From an uncultured delta proteobacterium (GTDB lineage: Bacteria; Desulfobacterota; RBG-13-43-22), in the NCBI GenBank assembly GCA_963711835.1, contig CAVQFQ010000008.1, positions 64,239-128,238 on the forward strand: a DNA stretch of 64,000 nt, read 5' to 3'. Positions 10,358-21,364 of this stretch are shown here, piece by piece (within the stretch, counting starts at the first letter, position 1; each line of letters opens with the position of its first letter). The position numbers were made by a program, and so were the translations under genes. The notes under the pieces were generated by a model. The model did not search any database and was not told the DNA's origin. It was given only the letters and a program-made list of their open reading frames with translations.

Positions 10358-10805
10358 CCTGGGACAGGCTGTTCCCGAAGCGGAGTTGCTGGAAAGCCTC
10401 TATGGCCGGACCGGCTATCATCTGGAGGTGCGCCTTATCATGCGCGGCATGCGCCGAGTGGCCCGGGAAATGGAGGCCAGGCGTTTTTACCTCGAGACCA
10501 TTACCGCGGTCGATTTTCTGGAAGCCTTTGAATTAATTTATCTTTTTGCCTGTTATGACCAAGAGCCCTTTCGAGTCATGACCCGGATCCGACTCCCCAA
10601 AGAGGCTTCGGCCTTTACCCTCTCGGCCATCTACCCGGAAGCCATCTGGTTGGAACGGGAGGTTTACGACTTTTTTGGGATCCGTTTCCTGGGGCACCCC
10701 AACCTGAAACGGATCCTCTTGCCCGACGAGGTGGATTATTTCCCTTTGTTAAAGACCTTCGGCAAAACCAGGGTCACCGAAGAAATCGACGATATCTTAT
10801 GCTGA
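10311..10805 (+). CDS. nuoC: NADH-quinone oxidoreductase subunit C
   Basis: [26 protein letters not shown] motif. Confidence 0.93.
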   Translation: MLTEGQKKQLEDLKNSLGQAVPEAELLESLYGRTGYHLEVRLIMRGMRRVAREMEARRFYLETITAVDFLEAFELIYLFACYDQEPFRVMTRIRLPKEASAFTLSAIYPEAIWLEREVYDFFGIRFLGHPNLKRILLPDEVDYFPLLKTFGKTRVTEEIDDILC

Positions 10806-11926
10806 ATATCCATACCATTGACAATAAGACCCTGAACGAGCGTATTTACTACCTCAACCTGGGACCGCAGCATCCCAGCACCCACGGGGTCTTGCGCCTT
10901 TTCCTGACCCTGGACGGCGAGGTGGTTATCGAAGCCGAGCCGATTATCGGTTACTCACACCGCGGCCATGAAAAGATGGCGGAAAACAGGACCTACGAAC
11001 AATTTTTACCCAATCCCCCGCGCATGGATTATCTCTCCGGCCTCCTTTTCAACCAGGGCTACTGCATGGCGGTGGAAAAACTCTGCGGGATTCAGGTCCC
11101 TAAAAGGGCCGAATACATCCGGGTTATTACCTCGGAATTAAATCGGATCTCCAGTCATCTTTTGGGCGTCATGGCCTTTGTCATGGACCTGGGGGCCTTT
11201 ACCCCCTTTCTTTACGGCTGGGACGATCGGGAAGCGGTCCTGGACCTCTTGGAACGGGTCAGCGGATCCCGTCTGACCTATTGTTATAACCGTTTCGGCG
11301 GGGTGCGCAACGACATCGACAAGGCATTTTATGACGGCACCCGCCGTTTTATCGAACGGTTGCGGGGCCGTTTCAAGGATTATTTCGATCTGATCCACGA
11401 AAATGTCATTTTTATCAACCGGACCAAAGGGGTTGGGATCATCACCCCGGATATGGCCCTGGAGTACGGGGTTACCGGTCCCTCCTTAAGGGCCGCCGGG
11501 GTCCTCTATGACCTGCGCAGGAATGAGCCTTACTCCGCTTACCCGGAATTCGATTTTGAGATTCCGGTCCGGGAAGCCGGGGATGTCATGGCCCGCTATG
11601 AGGTTCGGATCGCCGAGATGGAGCAAAGCCTGACTATCATCGAGCAGGCCTTGGACGGACTGCCCCCGGGTCCGATTCGGGCCCGCGTTCCCCGCTTTGT
11701 CACCCCTCCGGCCGGAGACTGCTACCTGGCCATGGAAAGCGCCCGAGGGGCCGTAGGCTTCTATATCGTCAGCGACGGAACGCGCATCCCCTACCGGATC
11801 AAGGTGCGGGCCCCCTCCTTTTCCAACTTATTCATCCTAACCAAAATTCTGCCGGGTAACTTTGTGGCCGATACCATTGCCATCCTGGGCAGTATCGATG
11901 TGGTGGTTCCGGAGATTGATCGGTGA
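10799..11926 (+). CDS. nuoD: NADH-quinone oxidoreductase subunit D
   Basis: [24 protein letters not shown] (quinone-site Tyr) and C-terminal EIDR. No NiFe-binding CxxC motifs. Confidence 0.96.
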   Translation: MLNIHTIDNKTLNERIYYLNLGPQHPSTHGVLRLFLTLDGEVVIEAEPIIGYSHRGHEKMAENRTYEQFLPNPPRMDYLSGLLFNQGYCMAVEKLCGIQVPKRAEYIRVITSELNRISSHLLGVMAFVMDLGAFTPFLYGWDDREAVLDLLERVSGSRLTYCYNRFGGVRNDIDKAFYDGTRRFIERLRGRFKDYFDLIHENVIFINRTKGVGIITPDMALEYGVTGPSLRAAGVLYDLRRNEPYSAYPEFDFEIPVREAGDVMARYEVRIAEMEQSLTIIEQALDGLPPGPIRARVPRFVTPPAGDCYLAMESARGAVGFYIVSDGTRIPYRIKVRAPSFSNLFILTKILPGNFVADTIAILGSIDVVVPEIDR

Positions 11927-12942
11927 GTATTTCAGAAATCGCCATAGTCTATGATACCTTGCAAGTCCTGAAGGCCGTCTACGGATTCCTGGGCTATGAC
12001 GTCACCGTAGCCCTCATCGGCTTGTTGCTGATCGTGGGATTTATCCAGGTCAACGCCCTCTTTCTGATCTGGCTGGAACGCAAAGTGGCCGGCCATATCC
12101 AACTCCGCCCCGGCCCCATGGAGGTCGGGCCCCACGGCCTGCTCCAGACCCTTGCCGACGGAATAAAATTGATGGGCAAGGAATTGATAACGCCCCAGTT
12201 GGCGGACAAACCGCTCTACTGGCTGGCTCCTATCATCATCTTAATCCCGGCCCTGGTCTGTTTCGTGGTCATCCCCTTCAGCCCCCTGCTGCAGGTGCGG
12301 GATATCAATGTGGGCATCCTGCTGATATTTTCGATTTCCAGTCTGACGGGTTTGTCCATCCTGATGGGGGGCTGGGCCTCAAACAACAAATACTCCCTGA
12401 TCGGGGCGGCCCGTTCGGTGGCTCAGATCATCGCCTATGAGATCCCTCTGCTGCTGTCCACCATGTCGGTCATCATCATGTGCAATTCCTTCAAGATGAG
12501 TGAAATCATCGCCGCCCAGTCCTCGGTCTGGTATATACTTTACCAGCCCATTGCCGCCGTCATCTTCCTGGTCGGGGCCACCGCCGAAACCAACCGGGCT
12601 CCCTTCGATCTGGTCGAGGCCGAATCGGAACTGGTTTCCGGGTTCCATACCGAATATACCGGTATGCGTTTTGCCCTTTTTTTCCTGGCCGAATACAGCA
12701 ATATGTTTATTACCGCAGCCATGGCCACGACCCTCTTTTTTGGAGGCTGGCAAGGGCCGGTTTTTCCGGGACTGATCTGGTTTATGATTAAATGTTATGC
12801 CCTGATCTTCGGGGTCATCTGGGTCCGCTGGACCTTTCCCCGGCTCCGTTTTGATCAATTGATGAATTTCGCCTGGAAGATACTGATCCCGGTGGCCCTG
12901 CTTAATCTGATGATTACGGCCATTGTGGTCAAATTGGTCTAA
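11923..12942 (+). CDS. nuoH: NADH-quinone oxidoreductase subunit H
   Basis: [14 protein letters not shown] and [25 protein letters not shown] motifs. Confidence 0.96.
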   Translation: MSISEIAIVYDTLQVLKAVYGFLGYDVTVALIGLLLIVGFIQVNALFLIWLERKVAGHIQLRPGPMEVGPHGLLQTLADGIKLMGKELITPQLADKPLYWLAPIIILIPALVCFVVIPFSPLLQVRDINVGILLIFSISSLTGLSILMGGWASNNKYSLIGAARSVAQIIAYEIPLLLSTMSVIIMCNSFKMSEIIAAQSSVWYILYQPIAAVIFLVGATAETNRAPFDLVEAESELVSGFHTEYTGMRFALFFLAEYSNMFITAAMATTLFFGGWQGPVFPGLIWFMIKCYALIFGVIWVRWTFPRLRFDQLMNFAWKILIPVALLNLMITAIVVKLV

Positions 12943-12946
12943 TGAT

Positions 12947-13405
12947 ATGACAGCTCCGTCCAACCTCAAACAATACGGTCAGGAGATCCTGTTCGGATCC
13001 AAGAGCCTGGTGATCGGCATGTGGATCACTTTCAAGCGGCTTTTGCAGCGGATCGTCACCGTCCAGTACCCCCGGCAGAAACTGACCATGTTCCCGAATT
13101 TCCGGGGACATATCGAGGCCATTCGTTTTGACGACACCAAGAGCCACCATTGTGTGGCCTGCGGCCTCTGCGCCCGCATCTGCCCCTCCCATGTCATTAA
13201 GGTCCAGGGCGCCAAGACCAAGGCCAGTGATCTCAAGCGCGGCCAGAATTATTTTATCGACTTTACCAAGTGCAGTCTTTGCGGTCTCTGTGTGGATGTC
13301 TGTCCGGAAAACACCCTGCGTTTCTCCCGGGAGTATGAACTGGCCTTTTTCTCCCGCTGGGACGGCGTCATCGATCTCATGAAGCGCTTGGAGGAATCCA
13401 AATGA
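12947..13405 (+). CDS. nuoI: NADH-quinone oxidoreductase subunit I (2x[4Fe-4S])
   Basis: VTVQYP, CVACGLCARICP and CSLCGLCVDVCP; start assigned to ATG 12947. Confidence 0.94.
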   Translation: MTAPSNLKQYGQEILFGSKSLVIGMWITFKRLLQRIVTVQYPRQKLTMFPNFRGHIEAIRFDDTKSHHCVACGLCARICPSHVIKVQGAKTKASDLKRGQNYFIDFTKCSLCGLCVDVCPENTLRFSREYELAFFSRWDGVIDLMKRLEESK

Positions 13406-13935
13406 ACAACCTCTCGGCTACTATTTCTCCCTGGCTGCTGGCCCAAGCCGCCCTTTGGTTCACCATCCTGATTACCTTGACCGGGTCGCTGCTGGCCGTC
13501 ATCCCCAAGAATATCATCCATAATGTCATGGGCCTGGCCCTGGCCATGTTCGGTGTCACCGGGATCTATCTTTACCTGGGAAGCCAGTTCGTGGCCATGA
13601 TGCAGCTCTTGATTTATGTCGGGGCCATTTGTGTCACCTATATCTTTGCCATTATGCTCTCGCCGCCTCTGCAACAGGAACTGCCCAAGAGGAGAAGGGC
13701 CAAATTTCTCTCGGCCCTGCTGGTCAGCGGCGTAACTTTTGTCGCCATGGCCCTCATGGTGGCCCGACTGCCATGGGAACCGATCCGGACCGTCTCCCGG
13801 GATTGGTCGATCAAGACCTTAGGCCAGGCCTTGCTGACCCGTTATTTTCTGGTCTTTGAATTAATTTCCTTGCTCCTGGCCATAGCCATTATCGGGGCCA
13901 TCCTGATCGCCGGGCTGGACCGGGAAAGGGAGTAG
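13402..13935 (+). CDS. nuoJ: NADH-quinone oxidoreductase subunit J
   Basis: QLLIYVGAI and FELISLLL motifs; hydrophobic. Confidence 0.92.
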   Translation: MNNLSATISPWLLAQAALWFTILITLTGSLLAVIPKNIIHNVMGLALAMFGVTGIYLYLGSQFVAMMQLLIYVGAICVTYIFAIMLSPPLQQELPKRRRAKFLSALLVSGVTFVAMALMVARLPWEPIRTVSRDWSIKTLGQALLTRYFLVFELISLLLAIAIIGAILIAGLDRERE

Positions 13936-13937
13936 CC

Positions 13938-14246
13938 ATGGAAAATCTTTCGCTTTATTTACTCCTCGGGGCCCTGATGTTCTGCATCGGCCTCTTCGGG
14001 TTGCTGCAACACAACTCCTTAATCGGCATGTTGATTGCCACGGAACTTATTTTAAACGGTGCCGGTATGAATTTTATGGCCTTCAATATGTTTTTATCCC
14101 CCGACCCGGTTCTGGGGCAGGCCTTTACGCTCTTCATCATGGGGGTCGCCGCCGCCGAGGCCGCCATTGCCTTGAGCATCATCATTGCCGTCTACCGCCG
14201 CTTTAGGGAAATCCGAGTGGACAGCGTCAGCGAACTGAAAGGATAA
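13938..14246 (+). CDS. nuoK: NADH-quinone oxidoreductase subunit K
   Basis: TELILNG and VAAAEAAIALSI motifs. Confidence 0.95.
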   Translation: MENLSLYLLLGALMFCIGLFGLLQHNSLIGMLIATELILNGAGMNFMAFNMFLSPDPVLGQAFTLFIMGVAAAEAAIALSIIIAVYRRFREIRVDSVSELKG

Positions 14247-14265
14247 GACCTTCGATCACCCGCTC

Positions 14266-15762
14266 ATGGAAACCATCTTCTCCATAAAACCCTTCCTAAC
14301 GGTCTTAATCCCAAGCCTGGCCTCCCTGCTCATTTTGGCCACACCGAAAAAGCCGAATCTGCGGGAGGCCTGGTCGATCCTGGGGGCGGTGGCCACCTGT
14401 TTGACCGTGCTCTCCATGACCCCCCTGGTCCTGGCCGGCAAAGCTGTGGAATACACCCCGTTTGTGATTTTACCGGGGATCTCGATGAAGTTCCGGGTCG
14501 ATGCCCTGGGCATCCTCTTCGGGACCATCGCTTCCTTTCTCTGGATCTTGGTTTCCTTCTACAACATCGGTTACATGCGCTCCCTGAAGGAACATGCCCA
14601 GACCCGTTACTACTTCTGCTTTGCCGTAGCCATCGTCGGCGCCGTGGGAGTGGCCTTTTCCGGCAATCTCTTCACCCTCTATCTCTTTTATGAAATCATT
14701 ACCATTTTCACCTATCCTCTGGTGGCCCATCATCAGGATGACGAGGCCTATGAGGGGGGCCGGAAGTATATGGTTTACCTGACCGGGACCGCCAAGGGCT
14801 TCTTCCTGCCGGCCATCATCCTGACCTATATCCTCTGCGGCACCCTGGACTTTGCCCCCTCGGGGATCGTCAAGGGAATTTTCCCAGCCTCGGCCGACCC
14901 GACCCTGGTCACCATAACCTATGTCCTTTATCTGGCCGGCTTTGCCAAGGCCGCCATCATGCCCTTTCACAACTGGCTGCCCTCGGCCATGGTGGCCCCT
15001 ACCCCGGTTAGCGCCCTGCTCCATGCCGTGGCCGTGGTCAAGGCCGGGGTCTTCTGTACCAGCCGGGTCATGCTTTCGGTCTTCGGGGTGGAACTCCTGG
15101 ACCAGTTGAATCTCGGCATCCCCACCGCCTATGCGGCCTCCTTTACTATTTTAGCGGCCTCGATCATCGCCCTGAGCAAGGATGACCTCAAGGCCCGGCT
15201 GGCCTATTCCACGGTCAGCCAGCTTTCCTATATTATTTTGGGGGTGGCCCTGCTGACCCCCAGCGCCGTCACCGGCGGGCTGATCCATATGGCCAATCAT
15301 GCCTTCTCCAAGATTACCCTCTTTATGTGCGCCGGATCCATTTATGTGGCCCTGCACACCAAAAAAATCAGCGAGATGGGGGGTATCGGCCGGAAGATGC
15401 CCTTTACCATGGGTGCCTTCGGCGTGGCCTCCCTGAGCATGATCGGGGTTCCCCTGGTCTGCGGTTTTGTGACCAAGTGGTATATCGCCCTGGGGGTGCT
15501 GGAGTCCCAGCACCATTTCTTCCTCCTGGTTTTGCTGGCCAGCACTATTTTGAATACCGGTTATTTCATCCCGGTGGTCTTTAAAGCCTTCTTCGATCGC
15601 CCCGGCCCGGCACTGGAAAGCAGCGGGCATTCCAACCCGGAAGGTCTCCGGGAGGCCCCGGCTTTCATGGTCGTTCCCCTGGTCCTGACGGCCCTGGGCT
15701 CGATCCTGTTTGGCTTGTATCCCGATTATTTTTTGAATATCGTCAAGGCGGTTTTCCAATGA
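14266..15762 (+). CDS. MrpD-like proton-translocating antiporter subunit (pump 1)
   Basis: YLFYEI, KAAIMPFHNWLPSAMVAPTPVSALLHAVAVVK and NHAFSK; 498 aa, multi-TM. Confidence 0.9.
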   Translation: METIFSIKPFLTVLIPSLASLLILATPKKPNLREAWSILGAVATCLTVLSMTPLVLAGKAVEYTPFVILPGISMKFRVDALGILFGTIASFLWILVSFYNIGYMRSLKEHAQTRYYFCFAVAIVGAVGVAFSGNLFTLYLFYEIITIFTYPLVAHHQDDEAYEGGRKYMVYLTGTAKGFFLPAIILTYILCGTLDFAPSGIVKGIFPASADPTLVTITYVLYLAGFAKAAIMPFHNWLPSAMVAPTPVSALLHAVAVVKAGVFCTSRVMLSVFGVELLDQLNLGIPTAYAASFTILAASIIALSKDDLKARLAYSTVSQLSYIILGVALLTPSAVTGGLIHMANHAFSKITLFMCAGSIYVALHTKKISEMGGIGRKMPFTMGAFGVASLSMIGVPLVCGFVTKWYIALGVLESQHHFFLLVLLASTILNTGYFIPVVFKAFFDRPGPALESSGHSNPEGLREAPAFMVVPLVLTALGSILFGLYPDYFLNIVKAVFQ

Positions 15763-16007
15763 ACTGGGCCCAACCGATGGAGTTTTTACGAAATCATCTT
15801 AAGGTGCTGATCTGGATCCTCTATCTCCTCATGGGGGCGGCGGTTCTTTTCGATATTTTCATACCCCGCCATGAGGCCCACTTTTTTGGAGATAAGATCC
15901 CCGGCTTCTGGTCCGGCTTCGGGCTGATCGCCTGTATCCTTCTGATCCGCATCATGAAAGGCCTGGCTCACAGCCTGCTGATGAAAAAAGAGGATTACTA
16001 TGGATAG
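15759..16007 (+). CDS. Small two-TM subunit between Mrp-like antiporter genes
   Basis: 82 aa with two hydrophobic helices and a C-terminal KEDYYG; translationally coupled to both neighbours. Confidence 0.8.
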   Translation: MNWAQPMEFLRNHLKVLIWILYLLMGAAVLFDIFIPRHEAHFFGDKIPGFWSGFGLIACILLIRIMKGLAHSLLMKKEDYYG

Positions 16008-17763
16008 CTGGCTTCATCCGGCCCTTTTCTTCATCCTGGGCGCCTTTTTTATCCCCCTCTTAAAGGGCCGGATCAAACAGATCTATGTCCTGGTACTGCC
16101 GGCAGTGGCTTTTTACGATGTCATCAATATGGTCCCCGGTGTCTATGGGGAAATCCAATATCTGGGCTTCAACATCATCCTGGGCCGGGTAGACCGCCTG
16201 ACCCTGGTCTTTGCCCATGTCTTCACCCTGATGGCTTTCCTGGGCGTCCTTTACGGCCTTCACGTTAAGGAAGACGGGCACCTCATGGCGGCCTTTTTTT
16301 ATGTGGGGGGTTCCCTGGGAGTGGTTTTTGCAGGAGACTATCTGACGGTCTTCATCTTCTGGGAGATGATGGCCTTCGCCTCGGTCTTCCTGATCTGGTA
16401 CCGCAAGGTCCCGGCTTCCATCTCGGCCGGCTTCCGCTATCTCCTGATGCACGTCTTCGGCGGCCTGCTGCTGCTGGCCGGGATCTTTCTCCATTATAAA
16501 AATACCGGGAGCCTGGCTTTTGAACTCATCCCCAAGGCCGGAGCCGGCCCGGCTGAATATTTAATTTTGGCCGGTTTTGCCCTCAATGCCGCCGTGTTCC
16601 CCTTGCATGCCTGGCTGCCGGATGCCTATCCGGAAGCCACCGTAACCGGGGCTGTTTTCATGTGCGCCTTTACGACCAAGACGGCCGTCTATGTCCTGGC
16701 CCGGGCCTTTCCCGGCTATGATATCCTGGCCGTTATGGGTACGGCCATGACCATCTATGGGGTCTGCTACGCCACCATCGAAAACGATATGCGGCGGATT
16801 CTCTCTTACCACATCATCAGCCAGGTGGGCTACATGGTGGCCGGCGTCGGTATCGGCACGGAACTGGCCATCAACGGCGCCTCAGCCCATGCCTACGCCC
16901 ACATCCTCTATAAGGCCCTGCTCTTCATGGGGGCCGGCGCGGTGATCCAGATGACCGGTAAATCCAAACTGAACGAACTGGGCGGTCTCTATAAATATAT
17001 GCCCCTTTCCCTGATCTTTTACTGCGTGGGCGGGATCTCCATTTCCGGTTTTCCCCTGTTCAGCGGCTTTGTCAGCAAATCCATGATCGTGGCCGGGGCC
17101 GGCGAGGCCCATCATCCGGTCCTGATGGTCCTGATGCTCCTGGCCTCGGTGGGGACCTTCCTTTCAGTCGGATTGAAGCTCCCCTATTTCGCCTGGTTCG
17201 GCAAGGATTGCGGTCTCCGCCCCAAAGAACCGCCCCGGAATATGCTTTGGGCCATGGGTTTGACCTCCCTGCTCTGCTTTATCATCGGCGTTTATCCTAA
17301 AGTCCTTTATGACCTATTGCCCTTTCCGGTCCATTATCAGCCCTATACCGGCACCCACCTCTCCGAAACGATCCAGATCCTGCTTTTTACCGGGCTGGGG
17401 TTTTTCCTGCTGCTGAAAAGGCTGACCCCGGAACCGAAGATCAATCTGGACTTCGACTGGTTCTACCGCGCCGGGACGTCCGGGTTTATGTGGCTGGCCC
17501 GTAAACCGATCCAGGGCTTCGATTCCGGATGGGGAGAGCTTTACCGCACCGTGGCCCTCAGGATCATGATGCTCCTGGCCGCTTTTTTCGCCTGGTTTGA
17601 CCGCTGGGGCATCGACGGGGTGGTGGATAACCTCGCTTACGGTACCCGGGGGGCGGGCAATAAGCTTCGCCGGGTTCAGAGCGGCAATATTCAATATTAT
17701 TTGGGCTTGGCCCTGGTCACCTTTTTTATTATCATCGGGGTCTATCTGCTTCTATCCTTTTGA
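16000..17763 (+). CDS. MrpD-like antiporter subunit with NuoL-type C-terminal extension (pump 2, occupying the NuoL role)
   Basis: FWEMMA, PLHAWLPDAYPEA, HILYKALLF. The C-terminal FDRWGIDGVVD...RRVQSGNIQYYL plus a final TM resembles the NuoL lateral helix and anchor. Confidence 0.88.
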   Translation: MDSWLHPALFFILGAFFIPLLKGRIKQIYVLVLPAVAFYDVINMVPGVYGEIQYLGFNIILGRVDRLTLVFAHVFTLMAFLGVLYGLHVKEDGHLMAAFFYVGGSLGVVFAGDYLTVFIFWEMMAFASVFLIWYRKVPASISAGFRYLLMHVFGGLLLLAGIFLHYKNTGSLAFELIPKAGAGPAEYLILAGFALNAAVFPLHAWLPDAYPEATVTGAVFMCAFTTKTAVYVLARAFPGYDILAVMGTAMTIYGVCYATIENDMRRILSYHIISQVGYMVAGVGIGTELAINGASAHAYAHILYKALLFMGAGAVIQMTGKSKLNELGGLYKYMPLSLIFYCVGGISISGFPLFSGFVSKSMIVAGAGEAHHPVLMVLMLLASVGTFLSVGLKLPYFAWFGKDCGLRPKEPPRNMLWAMGLTSLLCFIIGVYPKVLYDLLPFPVHYQPYTGTHLSETIQILLFTGLGFFLLLKRLTPEPKINLDFDWFYRAGTSGFMWLARKPIQGFDSGWGELYRTVALRIMMLLAAFFAWFDRWGIDGVVDNLAYGTRGAGNKLRRVQSGNIQYYLGLALVTFFIIIGVYLLLSF

Positions 17764-17806
17764 AATATGAATTTTCAGGTTTAAATAGACAGGGAAGTTT
17801 ACCTTA

Positions 17807-19303
17807 ATGGATTTTTTGATTCCCAATCAGCTTAATTACCCCATTTTGAGCAGCCTTATTTTTCTGCCCCTGGCCGGGGCCCTGGTCATATTTCTGATCC
17901 GCGATGAAAAGGTGGCCAAAATCTGGTCCCTTTTCATCAGCCTGGTCATTTTTGGCCTGTCTTTGCCGCTGTATATCTATTTTGATTCCTCGACTTACAA
18001 ATACCAGTTTGCCGAACATGTGCCCTGGATTCCTTCCTTTAATATTTTTTATACCCTGGGCGTGGACGGCATAAGCCTTCTTTTGATCCTTCTGACCACC
18101 TTATTGGTCCCCATTTGTATCCTGGCTTCCTGGAACTATATTGCCAAACGGGTCAAGGAGTTTCTTTTCTGCCTCCTGCTCATGGAAACAGCCTGCGTCG
18201 GGGTCTTTTCGGCCCTGGATTTCGTCTTGTTCTATGTTATGTGGGAAGCCATGCTGGTCCCCATGTATCTCCTGATCGCCGTCTGGGGCGGGCCGGAGAA
18301 GGTCTATGCCTCGATCAAATTTTTTATTTATACCATGGCCGGGAGCGTCTTTCTGTTGGTGGCCCTGATCGCCCTCTACCTTTCGGCCGGCACCTTCAGC
18401 ATCCCCCAGTTGATGACCCATTCCTATTCCTTCAACTTCCAGGTCTGGATCTTTCTGGCCTTTGCCGTGGCCTTCGCCATCAAGGTGCCCATGGCCCCTT
18501 TCCATACCTGGCTGCCGGCCGCCCATGTGGAGGCCCCGACGGCCGGCAGCGTCCTGCTGGCCAGTGTCCTGTTGAAGATGGGGACCTACGGTTTTATCCG
18601 CTTCTGCCTGCCCATCACCCCCCAGGCCAGTATCTATTTTGCCCCCTATCTCCTCTGGCTGTCGATCATCTCCATTCTTTACGGCGGCTATGTCGCCCTG
18701 GGGCAGAGTGACATGAAGCGCTTAATCGCCTATTCCAGCGTAGCCCATATGGGTTTTGTCACCCTGGGAATCTTTCTTTTCAACCGCCAGGGGCTCGAAG
18801 GGGCCATCCTGCAGATGATCAATCACGGCATTACCACCGGTGCCCTCTTTCTCTGTGTAGGCATTATCTATGAACGCAGCCACAGCCGGCTGATTATGGA
18901 TAATGCCGGTATCGGCAAGATCATGCCCCTCTATGTGGGCTTCCTGGGATTCTTCTCCCTGTCGTCCATGGCCTTTCCCGGGACCAACAGCTTTGTGGGC
19001 GAGTTGCTGGTCCTGATCGGCACCTTTACCGGGCACAAGCTCTTGGGCGCCCTGACCATTCCGGGCGTGGTTCTGGCGGCAGCCTATATGCTGCGCCTGT
19101 TGCAGAAAATCGCCTGGGGCGGAAAAGGAAATCCGGCCTTCCTGGATTTGAACCTGAGGGAGATTATCTACCTGATCCCCCTGGCCCTGCTGGTCCTCTG
19201 GGTCGGTTTCTCCCCGGGTCCTTTTCTGAATATCATGCACACCAGCGTGAACCATCTTATCGAGCAGCTTCAGGCAGCCGATGCCCTGGTCCTGGCCCGA
19301 TAA
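17807..19303 (+). CDS. nuoM: NADH-quinone oxidoreductase subunit M
   Basis: LGVDGIS, WEAMLVPMY, KVPMAPFHTWLPAAHVEAPTAGSVLLASVLLKMG and NHG motifs. Confidence 0.96.
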   Translation: MDFLIPNQLNYPILSSLIFLPLAGALVIFLIRDEKVAKIWSLFISLVIFGLSLPLYIYFDSSTYKYQFAEHVPWIPSFNIFYTLGVDGISLLLILLTTLLVPICILASWNYIAKRVKEFLFCLLLMETACVGVFSALDFVLFYVMWEAMLVPMYLLIAVWGGPEKVYASIKFFIYTMAGSVFLLVALIALYLSAGTFSIPQLMTHSYSFNFQVWIFLAFAVAFAIKVPMAPFHTWLPAAHVEAPTAGSVLLASVLLKMGTYGFIRFCLPITPQASIYFAPYLLWLSIISILYGGYVALGQSDMKRLIAYSSVAHMGFVTLGIFLFNRQGLEGAILQMINHGITTGALFLCVGIIYERSHSRLIMDNAGIGKIMPLYVGFLGFFSLSSMAFPGTNSFVGELLVLIGTFTGHKLLGALTIPGVVLAAAYMLRLLQKIAWGGKGNPAFLDLNLREIIYLIPLALLVLWVGFSPGPFLNIMHTSVNHLIEQLQAADALVLAR

Positions 19304-19377
19304 ATGGAAACGGATAGGGGTCCGCTGAAAAAGGTCCAAGCGCCAATGATTTCGGAAAGAATTAAGGAATAAACTTC

Positions 19378-20796
19378 ATGGATCTGCGGTTATTCATACC
19401 TGAGCTCTATCTTCTTTTTCTGGCCTTGGTCTTTTTTGCCCAATCCCTCTGGAAATCTCCGGCCAAATTAAATCAATCCCTGGCCCTGGGTTTATCGGCC
19501 TTCGGGGTAATCCTCAGTTTGTTAACCTTGAACCAGTCCGGGGAGCTTTTTTACCAGGCCTACCGGGTAGATCTTTTTTCACAGGGCTTTAAAATCCTGA
19601 TTAGCCTGGGCCTCTTTCTGATCATTGTCTTGGGCCGGGACTTAAAGAGTGTTGATGAGCGCCTCCATCCGGAATACTTCATGTTCCTGGGTTTAAGCTC
19701 CCTGGGGTTGACGCTCATGGTCAGCAGTGTGGAACTCCTGACTATTTTTATCGCCATGGAGCTTTCCTCCTTTTCCCTTTATGTCCTGATCCCTTTGCGG
19801 AAACAGACCTTTTCTACCCAGATGGAAGCGGCCATTAAGTACATCATCTTTGGAGCGGCCTCAACCGGGATCATGATTTTCGGGATGAGTTATGTTTTCG
19901 GCGTCGCCCAAACCACCTATTTGGCTGAGCTGATCCGGAAATTCCCCCTCTTGATCAGCCAGCCGGTAGCCCTGACTGGATTGATTATGGTCCTGGCCGG
20001 TTTTTTCTTTAAACTGGCGGTAGTGCCCTTCCATTTCTGGACCCCGGATATTTATCAGGGGGCGGCCAATGAAACGACCAGCTTTATTGCCACCATGCCC
20101 AAGCTGGCCGGGTTGGCCCTTTTGATCCGCCTGGTTTCCATAGGGGGTCCCCAGGCTACGGCCATGATCCAGGTTCTGGTCCTCCTGGCCGCTGTCTCCA
20201 TGACCTTCGGGAATTTGGTGGCCCTGGTTCAAAAAGACCTAAAACGCATCCTGGCCTATTCCAGTATCGCCCATGCCGGCTATGTCCTGCTGGGGGTTTT
20301 AAGCCTGAATACCATCGGTTTTGCGGCCGCGGTCTATCATATTACAGCCTACCTGCTGATGAACCTGGCTTGTTTCCTGGTTATCTGCAGCGTCTCACGG
20401 CAGGGGGAGGATGTCTCGGTCGGGGACCTCTCCGGCCTGTATCGCCGTTCCCCCCTCCTGGCCTTTACCCTGGCCGTGGGGGCTTTTGCCTTGGCCGGGA
20501 TCCCCCCGACAGCCGGATTTACCGGAAAGTTTTTCCTTTTTACCGCGGCCTTGGACCAGGGGCACCTGGCCCTGGTGATCATCGCCGCGGTGAATACGGC
20601 CATTTCCATTTTTTATTATTTGAATCTGGTTCGCGCGGCTTACGGCCAGGATCCCGACGGGTTGCCGGCGGTCTCTTTGAATGTTCCATTGCGGCTTTTG
20701 AGTCTGGCCCTGATCGCCGCTATTTTTCTCCTGGGGGTCTTGCCGGCCTGGTTTATTGACTTGGCCCGAAAGGCCTGCAGTGCCATTATTTTATAA
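19378..20796 (+). CDS. nuoN: NADH-quinone oxidoreductase subunit N
   Basis: EAAIKY, FKLAVVPFHFWTPDIYQGA, AYSSIAHAGY and GIPPTAGFTGKF motifs. Confidence 0.95.
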   Translation: MDLRLFIPELYLLFLALVFFAQSLWKSPAKLNQSLALGLSAFGVILSLLTLNQSGELFYQAYRVDLFSQGFKILISLGLFLIIVLGRDLKSVDERLHPEYFMFLGLSSLGLTLMVSSVELLTIFIAMELSSFSLYVLIPLRKQTFSTQMEAAIKYIIFGAASTGIMIFGMSYVFGVAQTTYLAELIRKFPLLISQPVALTGLIMVLAGFFFKLAVVPFHFWTPDIYQGAANETTSFIATMPKLAGLALLIRLVSIGGPQATAMIQVLVLLAAVSMTFGNLVALVQKDLKRILAYSSIAHAGYVLLGVLSLNTIGFAAAVYHITAYLLMNLACFLVICSVSRQGEDVSVGDLSGLYRRSPLLAFTLAVGAFALAGIPPTAGFTGKFFLFTAALDQGHLALVIIAAVNTAISIFYYLNLVRAAYGQDPDGLPAVSLNVPLRLLSLALIAAIFLLGVLPAWFIDLARKACSAIIL

Positions 20797-20872
20797 ACCA
20801 TGAAGAGTGAAGGCAGAATTTGGTTAAAAAGATAAGAATAAATTTTAAAACCATTTAGTCTAAGAATCTATT

Positions 20873-21364
20873 ATGTTAGCTTCCAATCACCTTCAAGATC
20901 AGGACCTGAAACTACTGGAATCCATAGTGGCCGAACGGGGAACCCATCCCTCTTCGGTCCTTCAAATCCTGCTGGATATCAACCATCACTACCATTACCT
21001 CCCTCGGGAAAGTCTGGAATGGGTTTCCCGGCAGGTCCGAATGCCCATCAATCAGATATTCAGCGTGGCTACCTTCTTCAAGGTCTTCAGTCTGAAACCC
21101 AGGGGCCGGACCTTGGTCCATGTCTGCACCGGAACAGCCTGCCATGTTAAAGGAACGCCCCGCATCCTCGATCGCCTGGAAAAGGAATTAAACCTGAAAC
21201 CCGGGGAGACGACGGCGGACCTGGCTATCACCCTGGAAACGGTCAACTGTGTCGGGGCCTGCGCTTCAGCCCCGGTCGTCCGTGTCGATGAGGCGACCTT
21301 CAGTGAAATGACGCCCTCGAAGGCAGCGGACCTGGTCAAAGAACTATTGAGAAGAGAGTCTTAA
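20873..21364 (+). CDS. nuoE: NuoE/HydC-like [2Fe-2S] subunit
   Basis: VCTGTACHVKG...NCVGACASAP thioredoxin-like [2Fe-2S] motif. Confidence 0.93.
   Translation: MLASNHLQDQDLKLLESIVAERGTHPSSVLQILLDINHHYHYLPRESLEWVSRQVRMPINQIFSVATFFKVFSLKPRGRTLVHVCTGTACHVKGTPRILDRLEKELNLKPGETTADLAITLETVNCVGACASAPVVRVDEATFSEMTPSKAADLVKELLRRES

Noticed and set aside
9842-11926. Group 4 [NiFe]-hydrogenase interpretation of the operon
   Set aside because: The large subunit has no CxxC nickel ligands, and the small subunit has the tandem Cys of NuoB.
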